A stretch of 64,000 nucleotides of DNA, taken from Phyllobates terribilis. Its lineage: Eukaryota. The position numbers were made by a program, and so were the translations under genes. A model generated the notes under the pieces. The model was not told where the DNA came from. It did not search any database and saw nothing but the letters and a program-made list of their open reading frames with translations. The DNA lies in NCBI RefSeq assembly GCF_046119375.1, contig NW_027362762.1, positions 474,300,001-474,364,000 on the forward strand. The letters are read 5' to 3'. This document shows positions 61,204 through 64,000 of this stretch, piece after piece (positions within the stretch are counted from its first letter, which is position 1; each line of letters starts with the position of its first letter).

Positions 61204-64000
61204 ATGAGTGGAAAAAGGCCTGCTGCTGGTGGAAAGGGGAATAGGCGTGTTGGGAAGGGGAAAAAAGGTTGTGTCCGTGGGGTAGGTGCAGAAGAAAGAC
61301 CATCTTCCAGCCAAACTAAAATGTCTACTTCTTTTAGCGGACAATGTGATAAGATCCCTTTCTTACGGCCACGCCAATCGCTACAAATTCCAGATGAGGC
61401 ACAAAAACAGCAGGTGCTTCAACGGATATCAAGTGCTCCTTTAAGTGGGCTCTCCTCCACATCAACTTCAACATCACAAATACTCCAGTCCTCAAAGGTG
61501 TCACCCAAATCGCACTTGCTTCCTCACAGCTCCCAAATCTCCAGCTGCCCGTCTGAGTATGAGGTAGAACAGATGGTTGAGTCTGCAGAGCTGTTTACTC
61601 ATACTATAGCCTGGGAATCAGAGGTCGACTCCAGCGCTTCTGTGAATCCAGACGAGGAAATGATCTGCACTGATGCCCAGAATCTTTATGAGTCGGATCC
61701 AGGACCAGACGCAGAAGGTTCTGACCATAATGTAGACCCTCATTCCCAAACTGTAACTCCTGTTGGTGGAGACAATGAGGAAGACGATGATAAGACTCAA
61801 ATACCTGATTGGAGCGACAACTTTAGTTTTTTGTCAGGGCAGGAACAGGTTGGCTCTGAGGACGACGGGTGTGATAACGCACAGGGTGATGATGATGAGG
61901 TCGGAGATCCCACTTACTGTCAACCCACAGTCAGCCAAGAGATGAGGTCAGCAGAGGAGGTGGAGGAAGATGCTAGTGACGACGAGGTCAGGTTGCGCCT
62001 TCCTGGACAGAGACGTAGTACTGGAAGCACGTCAACAACTGCATCCTCAAACACAACTCTGCCTCTCACCACAAGTCGTGGTGGCTCTTCAGGTCGCATG
62101 GGTGCTAAGCCTTGCATAGCCTGGGCATTTTTTCAGATCGATAAAGATGACCCAACTCGTGTTATCTGTAACATTTGTCAGCAAAAGCTAAGTAGAGGCC
62201 AAAAAATACATAGTTTGAGTACTTCATGCATGAACCGGCACATGGACATGAAGCATAAGTTGCAGTGGGAAGCTCAGTGTGCTACAATGCGGTCTAGCCG
62301 GCCGGGCCAACCACCGTCTGCCATATCTTGTGCATCCGCGGCCTCTTCATCCTCTGTGACTGGGGGGACAGCAGTCACACCTGTTTTGGGGCGCAGACCT
62401 GCCACCTCTTTACCCGCAACAGCCAGCGTGATTGGCAGGTCATCATTTTCTTTGGAGGTGGTAACACCAGCTGGTCTTGAGCGCTGTCCGACATCGATAG
62501 CACCACCTTTGGATCAAGGCAACCTAACATGTCCGCCTGCATCTTCCTCACAGACCGGCAGTTTGCCGGGGACACCCTTATCAACCCCGTCTAAGCACAA
62601 TAGCCAGCCCTCGGTCCCTCAGATGTGGACAAGTAAAAGACCATTTCCTCCTAGCCATGAGAAAGCTAAGAGGTTGAATTTCACCATCTGCAAGCTCTTG
62701 GCTACAGAAATGCTGCCTTTCCGCCTGGTGGACACAGAGGATTTTCGAGACCTTATGTCCGTCGCAGTGCCCCAGTACCAGATGCCCAGTCGGCACTACT
62801 TCTCAAAGAAAGGTGTGCCTGCGCTCCACCAGCATGTCGCACACAACATCACCGCTTCTTTGAGAAACTCTGTGTGTGACAGGGTGCATTTCACCACAGA
62901 CACTTGGACGAGTAGGCATGGACAGGGGCGTTACATGTCGCTGACTGGGCACTGGGTAACTATGGTGACAGCAGGACAAGGGGCTGCTGTCCAAGTCTTG
63001 CCGTCCCCACGAGTTGTGCGTCAATCCTCTTTATGTCATTTTTCCTCCACTGCTTCTGCCTCCTCAACCTCCTCTCGGTCTTCCACCTGCACCCAAAGCC
63101 TGTCTGGTCATGCCACAAGCTTTCTAACTGCGCAGAAGGGATCCTGCACACCTCCTTACTATGCTGGCAGTAGGGCTCAACGTCATCAGGCGGTTTTTAC
63201 ATTGAAATGTCTGGGAAATGTGAGTCACACAGCTGAGGAGTTGTGGTCAGCTCTGGAGAACCAATTTCATGAATGGTTGTCTCCACTGGACCTGAAACCA
63301 GGGAAGGCCGTGTGCGACAATGCTGCAAACCTGGGTGCGGCCCTTCGCCGGGGCAATGTCACACACGTGCCTTGTATGGCTCACGTGTTGAACCTGGTTG
63401 TCCAGCAATTTTTAGCCCACTATCCCACACTAGATGGCCTTCTGCAGAGGGCACGGTCGCTGTGTGCTCACTTCCGCCGTTCGCATCCCGCAGCTCAGCG
63501 ACTTACATCTCTACAGAAGTCGTTGGGCCTGCCACTTCACCGGCTAAAATGCGATGTGCCTACCCGGTGGAATTCAACTCTGCACATGTTGCAGCGACTG
63601 TGGCAGCACCGACAAGCCCTGGTGCAATACGTTCTGACGTATAGCCTGGGCCAACGAGATTCAGAGGTGGGGCAAATCACGCTGGAGGAGTGGTCTCAGA
63701 TCAGGGACCTATGCACCCTTCTGCACAGTTTTGAAATGGCGACGAAGATGTTTAGTGCTGACGATGCCATTATCAGCATGACTATTCCGGTGATTTACAT
63801 GCTGAAGCACATGTTAAACAGAATTCGGAGTCAGGTGGTGGCACAAGAGGAGGTGGAGGAAGTAGAGGAGGAGGAGTTGTATGCGGAAGGGCTAACATCT
63901 GCAAGGTCCAGACGGTCGGCAGCACCAGGGCGGCAGGCATGTGAGGGTGGGGGAGATGATTTTACCAGGGCGCATGGTAGCAGCCAAACTAGTGAGGAAG
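61204..64000 (+). CDS. hAT transposase (BED zinc finger, DDE), at least 932 codons, open to window end
   Basis: I read the frame from ATG 61204 (MSGKRPAAGG) to the end without meeting a stop. It includes WAFF..CNIC..HMDMKH, HFTTDTWTS, VCDNAAN, CMAHVLN and TRWNST. Probably absent from the ORF track because no stop falls inside the window. Confidence 0.92.
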   Translation, partial: MSGKRPAAGGKGNRRVGKGKKGCVRGVGAEERPSSSQTKMSTSFSGQCDKIPFLRPRQSLQIPDEAQKQQVLQRISSAPLSGLSSTSTSTSQILQSSKVSPKSHLLPHSSQISSCPSEYEVEQMVESAELFTHTIAWESEVDSSASVNPDEEMICTDAQNLYESDPGPDAEGSDHNVDPHSQTVTPVGGDNEEDDDKTQIPDWSDNFSFLSGQEQVGSEDDGCDNAQGDDDEVGDPTYCQPTVSQEMRSAEEVEEDASDDEVRLRLPGQRRSTGSTSTTASSNTTLPLTTSRGGSSGRMGAKPCIAWAFFQIDKDDPTRVICNICQQKLSRGQKIHSLSTSCMNRHMDMKHKLQWEAQCATMRSSRPGQPPSAISCASAASSSSVTGGTAVTPVLGRRPATSLPATASVIGRSSFSLEVVTPAGLERCPTSIAPPLDQGNLTCPPASSSQTGSLPGTPLSTPSKHNSQPSVPQMWTSKRPFPPSHEKAKRLNFTICKLLATEMLPFRLVDTEDFRDLMSVAVPQYQMPSRHYFSKKGVPALHQHVAHNITASLRNSVCDRVHFTTDTWTSRHGQGRYMSLTGHWVTMVTAGQGAAVQVLPSPRVVRQSSLCHFSSTASASSTSSRSSTCTQSLSGHATSFLTAQKGSCTPPYYAGSRAQRHQAVFTLKCLGNVSHTAEELWSALENQFHEWLSPLDLKPGKAVCDNAANLGAALRRGNVTHVPCMAHVLNLVVQQFLAHYPTLDGLLQRARSLCAHFRRSHPAAQRLTSLQKSLGLPLHRLKCDVPTRWNSTLHMLQRLWQHRQALVQYVLTYSLGQRDSEVGQITLEEWSQIRDLCTLLHSFEMATKMFSADDAIISMTIPVIYMLKHMLNRIRSQVVAQEEVEEVEEEELYAEGLTSARSRRSAAPGRQACEGGGDDFTRAHGSSQTSEE

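Larger units (their letters stand above)
58455..64000 (+). mobile_element. hAT copy 3, 5' end through most of the transposase, inserted in the Gypsy RT
   Basis: The TIR TAGAGATGAGCG starts at 58455, immediately after Gypsy sequence ...CAAAAGGC. Subterminal region, array and ORF follow. Confidence 0.96.

Overview
Transposon-saturated vertebrate genomic DNA, most likely from a frog. The species is inferred from the repeat families and from an 18S fragment that resembles the Xenopus sequence as I recall it. The only host gene I can support is a beta-connexin (GJB5/GJB4-like, 23490-24278, +) with a probable non-coding first exon. The rest is nested mobile DNA. There are three copies of one large hAT family, each with a 109-110 bp tandem array just upstream of a ~1230-aa BED-finger transposase. 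One copy has an uninterrupted ORF from 61204 to the window end that the ORF track misses. There are also two chromodomain Gypsy elements, several solo LTRs, Tc1-superfamily elements with DD34E, DD37E and DD38E spacing, a 4.76 kb non-autonomous hAT with a perfect 8-bp TSD, an internal L1 RT piece, an 18S rRNA fragment, and several MITEs and minisatellites. The most interesting signals are: (1) the satellite-carrying hAT family, whose arrays have homogenised independently in each copy while the flanks stay ~98-99% identical; (2) the cargo-like 18S and L1 fragments in a probable hAT 3' arm; (3) the hAT-in-Gypsy-in-hAT nest; (4) an unusual connexin N-terminus. I found no CRISPR array, tRNA gene or intact rRNA gene. 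All identities were estimated by eye.
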